Made by a program: the position numbers and the translations under genes. Source: a virus. From it: DNA of 64,000 nucleotides. Below, piece by piece: positions 11,504 through 20,900 of the stretch. The notes beneath the pieces are model-generated. The model saw only the letters and a program-made list of their open reading frames with translations. It did not search any database and was not told where the DNA came from. Every line of letters begins with the position of its first letter. Position 1 is the first letter of the stretch. The DNA is taken from positions 45,842 through 109,841 of the IMG/VR virus record IMGVR_UViG_3300032092_000011. One strand, given 5' to 3'.

Positions 11504-11956
11504 TTACTTTGATAAAAGATAATCTAAAACTATGCTCCAATCTTTGAAATTAGGCTGTCCAAATTGAATCCATTCACCTTTAAATTCTGCGGCGCCATTA
11601 TTTGGTCGATCATCAATAAGATAATCACCAATGCAAAGGTCTTTACGATGAGAAAGGATTAAACGTTTATGTGCATATTTACCAAGATGTTGTTGAACCC
11701 ATCTGCGCTTTGCACTGAAAGCACTTACGTTGCTCCAAGGAGCAGTGCTTAAGAAATAAATGTCGTATTTGTCCCAAAGTGTCTTGATAGCTTCAATGGC
11801 TCCAGGCATTGGATCTGGATCATCAAATAGATGTTTATCAATCGAAGTTAATTTACCTAGTTTTGAAACAGCATCGGCGCCATGGCGCTTAATAGCATGA
11901 TTTTCTAGGTCGACCATGACTCCGTCAAGGTCAATATACAGGATTTTCTTATTCAT
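11504..11956 (-). CDS. 5'(3')-deoxyribonucleotidase (NT5C-type HAD)
   Basis: YIDLDGV, LSTAPW, GDYLIDD motifs. Confidence 0.85.
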   Translation of the reverse strand: MNKKILYIDLDGVMVDLENHAIKRHGADAVSKLGKLTSIDKHLFDDPDPMPGAIEAIKTLWDKYDIYFLSTAPWSNVSAFSAKRRWVQQHLGKYAHKRLILSHRKDLCIGDYLIDDRPNNGAAEFKGEWIQFGQPNFKDWSIVLDYLLSK

Positions 11957-11957
11957 A

Positions 11958-12173
11958 TTATCGTTCTAAAATTACAAATGTACCAAAATGTTTATCAAAA
12001 ACTTGAACTAAATGTTCATAATCACCAGCAATCATTTCTCCAATTATTTGATCTTTATTTAAACCGAGTTGGCTTGCTAATCTGGTCGCAGTTCCCATTA
12101 AGAAGAATGCGTTTCCTTGAGGACCAGTAAGATCGATAATAATTTCTGAAGATTGTTGTTTTTCTCTAATCAT
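11958..12173 (-). CDS. conserved phage hypothetical protein
   Basis: IDLTGPQGNAF motif; directly downstream of a class A promoter. Confidence 0.6.
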   Translation of the reverse strand: MIREKQQSSEIIIDLTGPQGNAFFLMGTATRLASQLGLNKDQIIGEMIAGDYEHLVQVFDKHFGTFVILER

Positions 12174-12191
12174 ATTCTTTTCTAATTAATG

Positions 12192-12263
12192 ATATGTAAA
12201 TATAAACAATTTTCTTTAAATGGTAAAACTTTTTTCACCATTTTCAAAAAAAGTTATTAACAT
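12192..12263 (-). promoter_or_regulatory. class A promoter repeat
   Basis: TGTTAATAACTTTTT...TTTTACCATTT...TTGTTTATATTTACATAT. Confidence 0.65.
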
Positions 12264-12270
12264 TTTTAAA

Positions 12271-12570
12271 TTAATCACCAGAATCAATATGATATGCATC
12301 ACCGCAGTGAATACATTCATGTCTGTGATAACAATTACTTATTGTTTTAGAAACATATTCATGAGTACATGGCGTTCCGTCTGGTCGTAGTTTAACTTCT
12401 CCAGTTGGTCGACCAAACATGTATTGGCTTCCACAGTTTCCACATCCCAAGGTATGAGTTTCTTTATCATACCCAGAATAAATGCGACAATATCTTTCTT
12501 GTTCTGGTTTTACTGGAACTCTTTTGGTTCCATTGCAAACGGGACAGGTTCCCTTTAGATTCGTATTCAT
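12271..12570 (-). CDS. Cys/His-rich zinc-finger protein
   Basis: CPVC, CGNC, CIHC motifs. Confidence 0.6.
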   Translation of the reverse strand: MNTNLKGTCPVCNGTKRVPVKPEQERYCRIYSGYDKETHTLGCGNCGSQYMFGRPTGEVKLRPDGTPCTHEYVSKTISNCYHRHECIHCGDAYHIDSGD

Positions 12571-12582
12571 ATTGATTAATTT

Positions 12583-12622
12583 ATGTAAATATAATCAATT
12601 TCCATGAAACGAAAAAACTTTT
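12583..12622 (-). promoter_or_regulatory. class A promoter repeat (variant)
   Basis: TTGATTATATTTACATA. Confidence 0.5.
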
Positions 12623-12633
12623 AGTGAATTATT

Positions 12634-13368
12634 TTAAGAAATTTTATTCTTGTCTGGAACTGACATTTCTTTGATCCATTTCTTACCGATCGGATTCTCA
12701 ACTGGTTTATGTGCTGATTTGCCAATAATGCGTTCCATTTCACTAACTGTACTATTATCGCTTCCTGAATTATCAACAATAAACATTTTATTCTTAAAGA
12801 AGTTTTGAAAACGACCTAGATTTTGTTGAACTTCTTTCCACATAGATTCAACCATTTCTGGAGCTAGTGTTCTCTGGCGCATCATATTTCTTTCCTGTGC
12901 CACTTCTAGAGAAGTATTTACAAAAATCATATGAACATCATACCCAAAATCTTTCAACATAGTAGCCCATCCTGTGATTTTATCATAGTCCTTACCAGTA
13001 CCATCAATAATCATGCCTAAACGACCATTAATATACGCATCCATTCGGTGCTTAGTAACATTCTTAGCCTTGTCTCTAAGTTTCATTACCTCATCCCAAG
13101 TTGTTGCATCATTTTTATAATCACCTAGTTTCGAGGCTTCATAACCCATTCTTTCAAGTTCATATTGAAATGCAAGATCTGAATTAATTAATTTTAGGCC
13201 AGTGCTCATTGAAAGAGTTGAGGTTGAGTCCTCTCTAAAGCCAAAAATTTGATTAACCACATAAGATTTACCTGAACCTGGTCCACCAGCCATAAAATAG
13301 GCTTTTAGGATCCCTGGATCGTGAACTCCTTCACTAATAAACTGTTCAAATAATTTTATATGTTTCAT
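12634..13368 (-). CDS. P-loop kinase (zeta-toxin/AAA_33-like) with capsid-targeting-like leader
   Basis: GGPGSGKS Walker A, IIDGT, ERNMMRQR; starts MKHIKLFEQFISE at 13368. Confidence 0.75.
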   Translation of the reverse strand: MKHIKLFEQFISEGVHDPGILKAYFMAGGPGSGKSYVVNQIFGFREDSTSTLSMSTGLKLINSDLAFQYELERMGYEASKLGDYKNDATTWDEVMKLRDKAKNVTKHRMDAYINGRLGMIIDGTGKDYDKITGWATMLKDFGYDVHMIFVNTSLEVAQERNMMRQRTLAPEMVESMWKEVQQNLGRFQNFFKNKMFIVDNSGSDNSTVSEMERIIGKSAHKPVENPIGKKWIKEMSVPDKNKIS

Positions 13369-13369
13369 A

Positions 13370-13927
13370 TTAATATTCAAATGGAGGTGTTCCGTAATCA
13401 GAGTGTTTTACAGCATACCACATGCTAGCAGGACCTTGAATATACCACCAACCACGATCAGAATCTACCAGTTGATATTCACCTTTTAATTTAACATCTT
13501 TAAAACCACCTCTAGAGAAGTTTTTTGTTACTGGAACTCCATCGTCCCAAGTTTTATTAGTTGATTGAGCTTTAAAAGTTGTACCATCAAATTTACCTAG
13601 AAAAACTTTAGCATCATATCCATCAGCTTGCTCATCTTTTGCAAATTGATTAACTGCACTTTCATTAGCTTCATTTACAGATTCTTTAACTGCAGCCTTG
13701 GCAAGTTTACCTAAATCTTGGTATTTGATGCCATATTTCATCAAACCATCTTCATCAGCATACATATCTAAGAATTCTTCCATGCCTTTAACATCACCAG
13801 CACTAATTAGTTCATAGTATTCATCCTGTAATTCAGGATCTTCAGGCATCCATTTATCAATGTTACCTAACGCATTTTGGATTTTGTCTTCATTAACGAA
13901 GCTTTCAAATAATTTTACCTTTTTCAT
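13370..13927 (-). CDS. putative internal head protein with capsid-targeting-like N-terminus
   Basis: MKKVKLFESFVNE leader and an internal SVNEANES site. Confidence 0.6.
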   Translation of the reverse strand: MKKVKLFESFVNEDKIQNALGNIDKWMPEDPELQDEYYELISAGDVKGMEEFLDMYADEDGLMKYGIKYQDLGKLAKAAVKESVNEANESAVNQFAKDEQADGYDAKVFLGKFDGTTFKAQSTNKTWDDGVPVTKNFSRGGFKDVKLKGEYQLVDSDRGWWYIQGPASMWYAVKHSDYGTPPFEY

Positions 13928-13934
13928 ATACTAT

Positions 13935-14261
13935 TTATTCTAATTCTAAGTTATCAATATCACCGCGCTTAATTGCATCTAGTTGTGTCTTAATTTCATG
14001 AACTCTCCATTCATAGTCAAAAACTTCATCAGCATTACAGCGACCGCCTTTATGTGCCTTTTTGATGACTGATAACTCCTTCTTGGCACGTTGTAATTCT
14101 TTTTCTAATGCCTCTTGAATAGCATGATTTTTATCAATGGTAACAAGTGAGGGCTGCTGAGGTTTCTTTTCTTCTTTCGTAACTTGGATTCCAAAGTCGC
14201 TAAAGATGTACTGGGCCATTTCAAAACGTGTCATAGTGGTAGAGTTTTTATTTTCCAACAA
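13935..14261 (-). CDS. hypothetical coiled-coil protein
   Basis: 108-aa ORF. Confidence 0.5.
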   Translation of the reverse strand: MLENKNSTTMTRFEMAQYIFSDFGIQVTKEEKKPQQPSLVTIDKNHAIQEALEKELQRAKKELSVIKKAHKGGRCNADEVFDYEWRVHEIKTQLDAIKRGDIDNLELE

Positions 14262-14265
14262 CTCT

Positions 14266-16239
14266 TTATTTATTCACTTCTAAGTCTTTAAAATATTCGT
14301 CTTTTAAAATATTATTAGAATCTACTAAGGTTACCATTGATCCAGCGTGGTGGGGTTGCCCTTCATCATGAACTAGGACTTTTTTGCCCGCACTAATTCC
14401 AAGCCACATGTGGTCCCCAGCTCCGCAAATTAAGTAATCTGCCCAATGCAGCGCATTCCAAACATGTCCCCAATTCCCATCAATACGAATGGCATCTTTC
14501 AGGGTCATTCCAACACTCAGGATGTCTCGACCCATGCGCTTATGTATATCAATAATCTCTTGCCAAGCATCTAAACTAAGTGAACTGCCTTGATTTGAGA
14601 CAACTACATATCGATTCTGTGTTGGTCTAGAAACAGCTCTCAGAGTTACAAATTGTAGCCTCTCTTCAACTTTAACGCCTAATTGTTTACCAACTTCCTC
14701 TAACCAATCACCATCGGTTAGGTTAATCTCCTGTGTCATATCAATTTCAGGTTTCCAAATGCTCCATTCAGTAGGCCACATAGGAGCAACTTTTGCCTTA
14801 CGAGTATACCAACCCCAGTTAATTATATCATGAAAGGCTGATCGGAGCCAAACCTTACCCAGACCCTTCTCAATGCTCCATTGTGCAATGGCTTCGACGG
14901 CTGCAAGTGTTGCGCCAAGGGTTTCGTTCTTGAGTTCTAATAGAACATGTGCACCTTTTAAATATGGTGCATGTCGCTCTTCTCGATCCTCCCATTTTAC
15001 CGTAATTGATGCGTCCTCTCGAAGTGGTAGTGCAATTCTAGTTTGGCGTTCATCTGAAAGTAAAATTGTTCCACCCTCTTCATTACCTAGACTCCATTTG
15101 ATCTCACACTCTCGATCCGAGAGGTTAGTAACAATTGGACCATTGTGCCATTCAATACTCAATTGATGTGGTGGCTGCTCTACTGCGTCTCTACTAGGTT
15201 TTTCTTGTAATAGGTCATGATATGTTAATGATAACTGTTGACGAAATCTAATGTTATCCTCACCATTTATTGGTTTAGGACTAGGGCATCCGCAGTTTAA
15301 ACGGTCATGTAGTGTAAATACATCGGCATCTAGGTTTCCGGTCATTGGAGTAAAAATGCCCTCATATTGGTCTCGGTATGACCGAAGCGGCAATGCAATC
15401 ATGCGAACTCCATAGGCCATGGCTTGTCGGCATTGGAAAGGGTCAATGTCTTGGATGGTGGTGTGCAGCATTATGTCGGCAACTCGAAGCCACTTCCAGA
15501 CATCTACTTGCTCTCCCCAGGCGATGACATTCGGTGGCAGGGCCAGTAGGTCGACCTGGTGGCCCATGGGTCCGACCATGTGAAACTGGTATTTATCACC
15601 TTGGGTTTCCCAGAATTTTTGGGCTATGCTTAGGAAATAGTCCTGGTTATTGGCCTCGGTGAAGGGGCCGATATTTACGATATGTTTTTTCTCACCTGAA
15701 ATTTTAAAATCTCCTAAAATCTCCTGAGTGCTCATAGACTCTGAAGAATCTTCAACATCAATAGGAAATTGGATTAGAAATAGGGGCGACCTCATCAGAG
15801 CAAATTGATTCTCGACTTGGTCTAATGAATGTAGATAGAAAGCATCTGGTTCCCACTGTTTTCTGCAAATTGCGTCAGCCGCCGAAGTGTGCGAAGTTTC
15901 TACTATTCTCCAATTCTTTTGAGGGTCATAAATCCAATCATATAAGTTTTTTGGCATAACTGGTTCTAGATTCTCTGGCATTTCCTCAAAGTGGATAATA
16001 TCAGGTTGAACATCTAGTAGGAACCCTGTTAATTCATTAGGAGTACCAAGAGTCAGGAAATGGTTATTATCAACCAATTCCATTACTTTATCCCTGTGTA
16101 AGCTCGGTGTTTTGGTCCACTCAACAATATACACATCATGTGAATCTTTTTTCATTTCAACTATTCTTCGCATCAGCATTGTAGTTGCTGGCGACATTTC
16201 TAATCTCGGAATGATATAAACTATTTTTAAACTATTCAT
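14266..16239 (-). CDS. divergent glycosyltransferase (GT-B, GT4-like N-part, GT9/heptosyltransferase-like C-part)
   Basis: QPDIIHFEE, KFQFHMVG-like segment, ADIML...QAMAYGV pattern, C-terminal ADYLICGAGDHMWLG. Confidence 0.55.
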   Translation of the reverse strand: MNSLKIVYIIPRLEMSPATTMLMRRIVEMKKDSHDVYIVEWTKTPSLHRDKVMELVDNNHFLTLGTPNELTGFLLDVQPDIIHFEEMPENLEPVMPKNLYDWIYDPQKNWRIVETSHTSAADAICRKQWEPDAFYLHSLDQVENQFALMRSPLFLIQFPIDVEDSSESMSTQEILGDFKISGEKKHIVNIGPFTEANNQDYFLSIAQKFWETQGDKYQFHMVGPMGHQVDLLALPPNVIAWGEQVDVWKWLRVADIMLHTTIQDIDPFQCRQAMAYGVRMIALPLRSYRDQYEGIFTPMTGNLDADVFTLHDRLNCGCPSPKPINGEDNIRFRQQLSLTYHDLLQEKPSRDAVEQPPHQLSIEWHNGPIVTNLSDRECEIKWSLGNEEGGTILLSDERQTRIALPLREDASITVKWEDREERHAPYLKGAHVLLELKNETLGATLAAVEAIAQWSIEKGLGKVWLRSAFHDIINWGWYTRKAKVAPMWPTEWSIWKPEIDMTQEINLTDGDWLEEVGKQLGVKVEERLQFVTLRAVSRPTQNRYVVVSNQGSSLSLDAWQEIIDIHKRMGRDILSVGMTLKDAIRIDGNWGHVWNALHWADYLICGAGDHMWLGISAGKKVLVHDEGQPHHAGSMVTLVDSNNILKDEYFKDLEVNK

Positions 16240-16660
16240 AGCTTTCTAATATTTGCTTAATTTCTTGTTTAGTTTCTTCAATAACCCGGTATACCGAATT
16301 AATTCTGGTTGTCTTAAACCTAAATTTATAAATGTAATTATTATATTGTCCTTTTACTGAAAGTTCACAAAAAACAGTATAACGTGGTTTCTTTTTTAAT
16401 AAAAATTCGGCCAAATCAGTTTTAATAATTTGAGATTTAGCCTTACCAGTTAGAGCGTAATCAACCGTCACATAAGCAGATAGGTCTAGATACTGGTTGT
16501 CATATTCCATAAAATCATATCTTCTTTTGACACCATTTGTTAAAAGAAACATCTCATAAGCAACAAAAGCACTTCCTTGTTGGACGTGCTTAAGAGTGTT
16601 GCTTTCTAATTCTTTTGAAATATATGGTCTTGGAATATTAATTAGATTTTCAAGAATCAT
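16232..16660 (-). CDS. hypothetical protein
   Basis: 142-aa ORF overlapping the next start. Confidence 0.55.
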   Translation of the reverse strand: MILENLINIPRPYISKELESNTLKHVQQGSAFVAYEMFLLTNGVKRRYDFMEYDNQYLDLSAYVTVDYALTGKAKSQIIKTDLAEFLLKKKPRYTVFCELSVKGQYNNYIYKFRFKTTRINSVYRVIEETKQEIKQILESYE

Positions 16661-16662
16661 AC

Positions 16663-17388
16663 TTATTTTCTTTTAAGATAAAAACCATTTTGATCCTGAT
16701 CTTTATCAAAATCAACAATTATAGATCTTTTTGTCTTATTAGAATTAACTAATCCCTCGCTAGATTCCTGATTTGACTGTTCAATAATATCAACTAAATC
16801 TGGTAAACTTTCAGAAGATTCAATGCTTTTTTCAACTGATTGAAAATCTTCTTCGGTTGGCTGAACATTTTTAATTTCTTCTTGTAAATCATCGTATGAA
16901 TTTACAACATTTCGCATGTCCTCAATCGATTCTTCCAGAGGATATTCAGGAGTTTTAGTATCAGGTTTAATATAATCTACTAATGATTTAATAAATCCTA
17001 GTGCTACAAGTGGTAAGATAGCACCAGAAACAAACGCAAGAATACGCTTTTGATACAATGGATCTTCTTCAATTAAATTAAAAAGTTGAGACCATGTTTC
17101 ATAATTCTGAATATTCTTAAATGCATAATACATGTTTCCTTGCATCTGCATTAATGTAATCGTAATGAATAATGCCCATACTAATGTTTTATTCATTTTA
17201 TCTAAAACAATTAATGATGCTAGTGATGCTGCTGCACCAAGCTCAAAGGCTATAGCCAATGTTACTGCTAACCAATACGGGTTTGATAATTCAAAAAAGT
17301 CAACTACGTGAATGGTAGAAATAACACTAACCATTAAATATAATGATACAAAAGTACCAATAATAAATTTACTCGTTAGGTTCTTCAT
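16663..17388 (-). CDS. multi-pass membrane protein
   Basis: Four hydrophobic helices in the N-terminal half, acidic tail. Confidence 0.65.
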   Translation of the reverse strand: MKNLTSKFIIGTFVSLYLMVSVISTIHVVDFFELSNPYWLAVTLAIAFELGAAASLASLIVLDKMNKTLVWALFITITLMQMQGNMYYAFKNIQNYETWSQLFNLIEEDPLYQKRILAFVSGAILPLVALGFIKSLVDYIKPDTKTPEYPLEESIEDMRNVVNSYDDLQEEIKNVQPTEEDFQSVEKSIESSESLPDLVDIIEQSNQESSEGLVNSNKTKRSIIVDFDKDQDQNGFYLKRK

Positions 17389-17572
17389 CTTTATTTTCCT
17401 TTTGGTTTTTATACGGAAGCCATTGATTAACTACTTCAGCTCGATCTTCGCAGCCGCAATCCTCGTATCCCGCTAATTTTGCTATAGAATCAGCAAGTTT
17501 GGCGATCCCTATTTTTTTATTAAAATTTAATAGGGTATCGCCAAATCCACGTTCTTCTTTTTCAATTGCCAT
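17369..17572 (-). CDS. small conserved phage protein
   Basis: GFGDT...DCGC motif. Confidence 0.55.
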   Translation of the reverse strand: MAIEKEERGFGDTLLNFNKKIGIAKLADSIAKLAGYEDCGCEDRAEVVNQWLPYKNQKENKDEEPNE

Positions 17573-17862
17573 TATTTAGATGACTCTAATTTTTGTAATT
17601 CTTTATCAATTTCAGTCTGACGTGTTACATCAAGCAACTTACGATCAGTTGATTGAATCATACGCTTTTCAGATTTTAAACCTTCGATTTTAAGATCTTT
17701 AGAACTTGGCAAAGAATCAATTACTGCTTTTTGAGCTTGAAACTCTTTTTTAACTTTAGTAATTTCAGAATCAATAGAGCATGCTTTTAACCATGTCATG
17801 ATAACTAATGCTAAAATTAGTTTAGTTCCGTGTTTTTCTAAAAATAAATTAAATTTTTCCAT
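17572..17862 (-). CDS. membrane-anchored coiled-coil protein
   Basis: LILALVIMTWLKAC followed by a coiled coil. Confidence 0.5.
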   Translation of the reverse strand: MEKFNLFLEKHGTKLILALVIMTWLKACSIDSEITKVKKEFQAQKAVIDSLPSSKDLKIEGLKSEKRMIQSTDRKLLDVTRQTEIDKELQKLESSK

Positions 17863-17885
17863 GATTTTACTTTTTATATTATATT

Positions 17886-18632
17886 CTATATATTTTGCAT
17901 AGATTGTTTAAACTCGGCAAGTCTCTTTTGAAACTCAGCGAAATAGTATTTTATGTCTTTTTCTGTCAATGTGAATATCTGCGGACATTCATCAATCTCA
18001 TTAGCAATCCAAATTTCAGCGCCCATTGGTCGAATTCCAGTTCTTTCCCAAAATGCAACGAAATAGGCTGCGGCCTGTAGATAATAATCTTGAATCCAAT
18101 CATCTTTCTTAGGCTTTCGGCTATTTTTATAGTCAATAATAAGTACTCTTTGATTTATCAATCTTGAAACATTATCGACTGTTCCAGCATATCCACCACC
18201 CTTAATAGACCATAAGAATTTTTCAGCGGCTAAAACCTCTTCAATCTTATCAAAAAACTGATCATGATTGTTCCAAAACTTCATAAAGAATTTTAAGCCT
18301 TCTTCAATGAATTCTACATCAAATTTCTTGATTTCTCGATCTTTATATAAAACCTTTCTTAATTCACCTAGTCTTTCCTCTTTAGAACCCTTTATTTGCT
18401 TGTATAATTCTATAAGACGGTGCATAACAGTTCCCCTGTTTGCTGAAAGTGTTGAGATTCTATTAGCCTCTTCTTCTCCAACTCTCTGTCTCCATGAATC
18501 TAAACCAGACTGATCACTGGTTCCACCAAGAACCGTGGTTACAGACGGAAAGAGGCCAAGAATTTCTTTGCCTCTTTTGACTTGGTAAAACCTTTTACCC
18601 TTTATTTCAACTCGTTTGATTGTTTCACTCAT
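17886..18632 (-). CDS. PD-(D/E)XK exonuclease (Cas4/MGME1-like)
   Basis: PSVTTVL, RGTVMH, AGTVD, IIDYK, QAAAY motifs. Confidence 0.85.
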   Translation of the reverse strand: MSETIKRVEIKGKRFYQVKRGKEILGLFPSVTTVLGGTSDQSGLDSWRQRVGEEEANRISTLSANRGTVMHRLIELYKQIKGSKEERLGELRKVLYKDREIKKFDVEFIEEGLKFFMKFWNNHDQFFDKIEEVLAAEKFLWSIKGGGYAGTVDNVSRLINQRVLIIDYKNSRKPKKDDWIQDYYLQAAAYFVAFWERTGIRPMGAEIWIANEIDECPQIFTLTEKDIKYYFAEFQKRLAEFKQSMQNI

Positions 18633-18633
18633 A

Positions 18634-19074
18634 CTATACTATTTTGTCCCATGGTACAAACTTAACGATTGCCCAACCTGCAACAGAATATGCACTGGTC
18701 ATAAATGATGCAGTTAAAAAGGATCCAAAATTAGCATAATCAGTTTCTGGATAGAGAATCACAAGATACGAACTTGTACCTTCAATTTTACGGATATCTG
18801 GATATAAAACATCAGATAATCCATATTTCATTAAAATATTACTAATTGGACTTAAGGCTTGAATCACTAGAGATTGTTGTAGTAATTCTGGTTGTTTTAA
18901 TTCTTCGTCATCTAAATTAATAACTGCATAAACTCTACCGATCCAATCTACTCTCAATCCTTGTTCGAATAGAGTAGGCTCAATTCCTTTAACAGCCTTA
19001 TAAGCTTTAAATAATAAAATAAGTTCTTTTACAAAGTACCACCAGTACCTTACTAAATTAATTGGATTCCACAT
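18634..19074 (-). CDS. hypothetical membrane protein
   Basis: Hydrophobic termini. Confidence 0.5.
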   Translation of the reverse strand: MWNPINLVRYWWYFVKELILLFKAYKAVKGIEPTLFEQGLRVDWIGRVYAVINLDDEELKQPELLQQSLVIQALSPISNILMKYGLSDVLYPDIRKIEGTSSYLVILYPETDYANFGSFLTASFMTSAYSVAGWAIVKFVPWDKIV

Positions 19075-19351
19075 ATTCTAATTTGGTTTTCAGATTTTGT
19101 AAACTCTGAACACCGTGTAAACGATCGATCGGCTCGCCATCTTTAAATATTATAATCGTAGGAATATTCCTAATATTGTATTTAGATGCCATATCAAATG
19201 CCACATCAATGTCCACGCGATGAACTTTTACTTTACTTATATACTCTTCTTCAAATTTGTTTAAAGATGGTTCTAAAGCTCTACATGGTTGGCACCACTC
19301 AGCTCCAAATTTAACAAAATGAATACCCTTGTCTTCAAATTCCTGCGTCAT
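19058..19351 (-). CDS. trxA: thioredoxin
   Basis: AEWCQPC active site, IPT cis-Pro motif. Confidence 0.9.
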   Translation of the reverse strand: MTQEFEDKGIHFVKFGAEWCQPCRALEPSLNKFEEEYISKVKVHRVDIDVAFDMASKYNIRNIPTIIIFKDGEPIDRLHGVQSLQNLKTKLEYVESN

Positions 19352-19677
19352 TTTATTTCTAATTTTATTTGTTTATTTGTATTGAACCATCCATTCTCTT
19401 GGTTAGCCTCATCAATTTCTCCAGATTCTAAAGATCCAGTATATTGAAGAGTAGAAGAATCATAATACACTTGATTCGGACCTTCAACCAAAAGATGAAC
19501 TGGATGTTCGTAATAAGAATCGTCATTAATAATTTCTTTAAAATTATTTGACAAATATTCTAAAAATGCCTTTTCTGTTTTTCCTTTAAATTCTGGAAAA
19601 TCAACTGAATCTAATTCTACTGGCAATGTTGTTACTTTAATAACGCGTTCTTGCGTTCTTCTTACTGTTAACTTCAT
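19348..19677 (-). CDS. hypothetical protein
   Basis: 109-aa ORF. Confidence 0.5.
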   Translation of the reverse strand: MKLTVRRTQERVIKVTTLPVELDSVDFPEFKGKTEKAFLEYLSNNFKEIINDDSYYEHPVHLLVEGPNQVYYDSSTLQYTGSLESGEIDEANQENGWFNTNKQIKLEIK

Positions 19678-19680
19678 AGA

Positions 19681-19848
19681 TTATTTATTTGGTGTAAAAA
19701 ACCATAGCAGAAGGTATGGTGCGCCTAATCCTGGAATAAAAACAAATGCAAATCTCCAAAAAATAGGATCAATACTAGTGTATTCACCTAAACCCTCACA
19801 TACTCCACCGATATAACCATCCTTTGAATTTCTATAAAATTTGCGCAT
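19681..19848 (-). CDS. PspC-domain membrane protein (absent from the ORF track)
   Basis: Hand translation MRKFYRNSKDGYIGGVCEGLGEYTSIDPIFWRFAFVFIPGLGAPYLLLWFFTPNK; PspC signature IGGVC.GL.EY. Confidence 0.8.
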   Translation of the reverse strand: MRKFYRNSKDGYIGGVCEGLGEYTSIDPIFWRFAFVFIPGLGAPYLLLWFFTPNK

Positions 19849-20092
19849 ATTTAACTATAACTAAAATTATTACTATTATCATAATTGCTATGAAAGAATA
19901 AGCTCCCATTTTTTCAAAAAACTCAACTTGATCCTTTCTTCGACCTTGGTAATCTCTAGAATATTGAAATCTTTCAATATCTTCTACTGCCTTTTTCTTA
20001 CATTTTGGATTTTCACAAAGATAGATTTCTCCAAGGTCTGGTTCAAAACCTATTTTCTTAACGGCTTTTTTATTACAATTAAAGCATTCCAT
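19832..20092 (-). CDS. small Zn-binding membrane protein
   Basis: CFNC...CENPKC plus C-terminal TM helix. Confidence 0.5.
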   Translation of the reverse strand: MECFNCNKKAVKKIGFEPDLGEIYLCENPKCKKKAVEDIERFQYSRDYQGRRKDQVEFFEKMGAYSFIAIMIIVIILVIVKYAQIL

Positions 20093-20102
20093 ATTATTAT
20101 TG

Positions 20103-20345
20103 TTAGTAAACTATAAAATCTTTAAATTCTTCTCCATACTTTTCAAGATAAAACTTTTTAAAAGCTTTTTCATAAAGAAAAGCTTTAGCTTGATGTGGTG
20201 GTAGCGGATTTTTAATTAATTCATTAGTAACATAACTTTGGACTTCTTGATGAATTCCATAGTTATATGCTTGGAATAGAATTGCTTCTATATGTTTTCC
20301 ATCATTAATTGGCATCGCGCATTTTTTGTTTTTGTTTAATAACAT
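20103..20345 (-). CDS. hypothetical protein
   Basis: Short ORF in a packed run. Confidence 0.45.
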   Translation of the reverse strand: MLLNKNKKCAMPINDGKHIEAILFQAYNYGIHQEVQSYVTNELIKNPLPPHQAKAFLYEKAFKKFYLEKYGEEFKDFIVY

Positions 20346-20496
20346 GCTCTTTCAATTTTCCAGTCCATTCATGGAATTTTTCAATTGCATTATTACTATT
20401 TACTTGAACACATTTAAAAGTTTCGCCATCCTTTCTAATGAGAATTAAATCATCAGATAGTTCAATTTGGTAGCCGAGTTCGAGATTGTTAACCAT
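20305..20496 (-). CDS. hypothetical protein
   Basis: Short ORF in a packed run. Confidence 0.45.
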   Translation of the reverse strand: MVNNLELGYQIELSDDLILIRKDGETFKCVQVNSNNAIEKFHEWTGKLKEHVIKQKQKMRDAN

Positions 20497-20535
20497 ACTT
20501 ATTTTATTTTAAATTTTGATTTTGTTTACTAAAAA

Positions 20536-20817
20536 TTAAATAGCTTCAGTCAAGCTAAGTGGAGCAGAAATAAGACTAATTTTACCATCTTCTCTTAAAT
20601 GTACTTTAGTGCGGTTGATTTTGACAACTTTAAAGGTTTTACCAGCAGCTTGCGGATGGTTTACTTTAACAGTCATACCAACTTCAAGAGAACGTTTAAC
20701 CATACGAGCATCTTGGCGGCGGCGCATTTTAATAATGTCAATAAGATCTGCATTTAACTGTGAAAGTTCGGCAGTAGAAAGGGTGTTGATTTGAGAAAGG
20801 ATTTGTGAGTAGTTCAT
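20536..20817 (-). CDS. hypothetical early protein (SH3-like C-terminus)
   Basis: LEVGMTVKV...VVKINRTKVHL; directly behind a class A promoter. Confidence 0.55.
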   Translation of the reverse strand: MNYSQILSQINTLSTAELSQLNADLIDIIKMRRRQDARMVKRSLEVGMTVKVNHPQAAGKTFKVVKINRTKVHLREDGKISLISAPLSLTEAI

Positions 20818-20839
20818 TTTGTTATTGTTTTAATTAATG

Positions 20840-20900
20840 ATATGTAAATATAACTATAATTTTTCAAACGGTAAAACTTTTTTCAAAAAAGTTATTAACA
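20840..20900 (-). promoter_or_regulatory. class A promoter repeat
   Basis: TGTTAATAACTTTTT..GTTTTACCGTTT...TTATATTTACATAT. Confidence 0.65.

Noticed and set aside
17886-18632. CRISPR-associated Cas4
   Set aside because: No Fe-S cysteine cluster, array or other cas genes; it is a stand-alone phage exonuclease.
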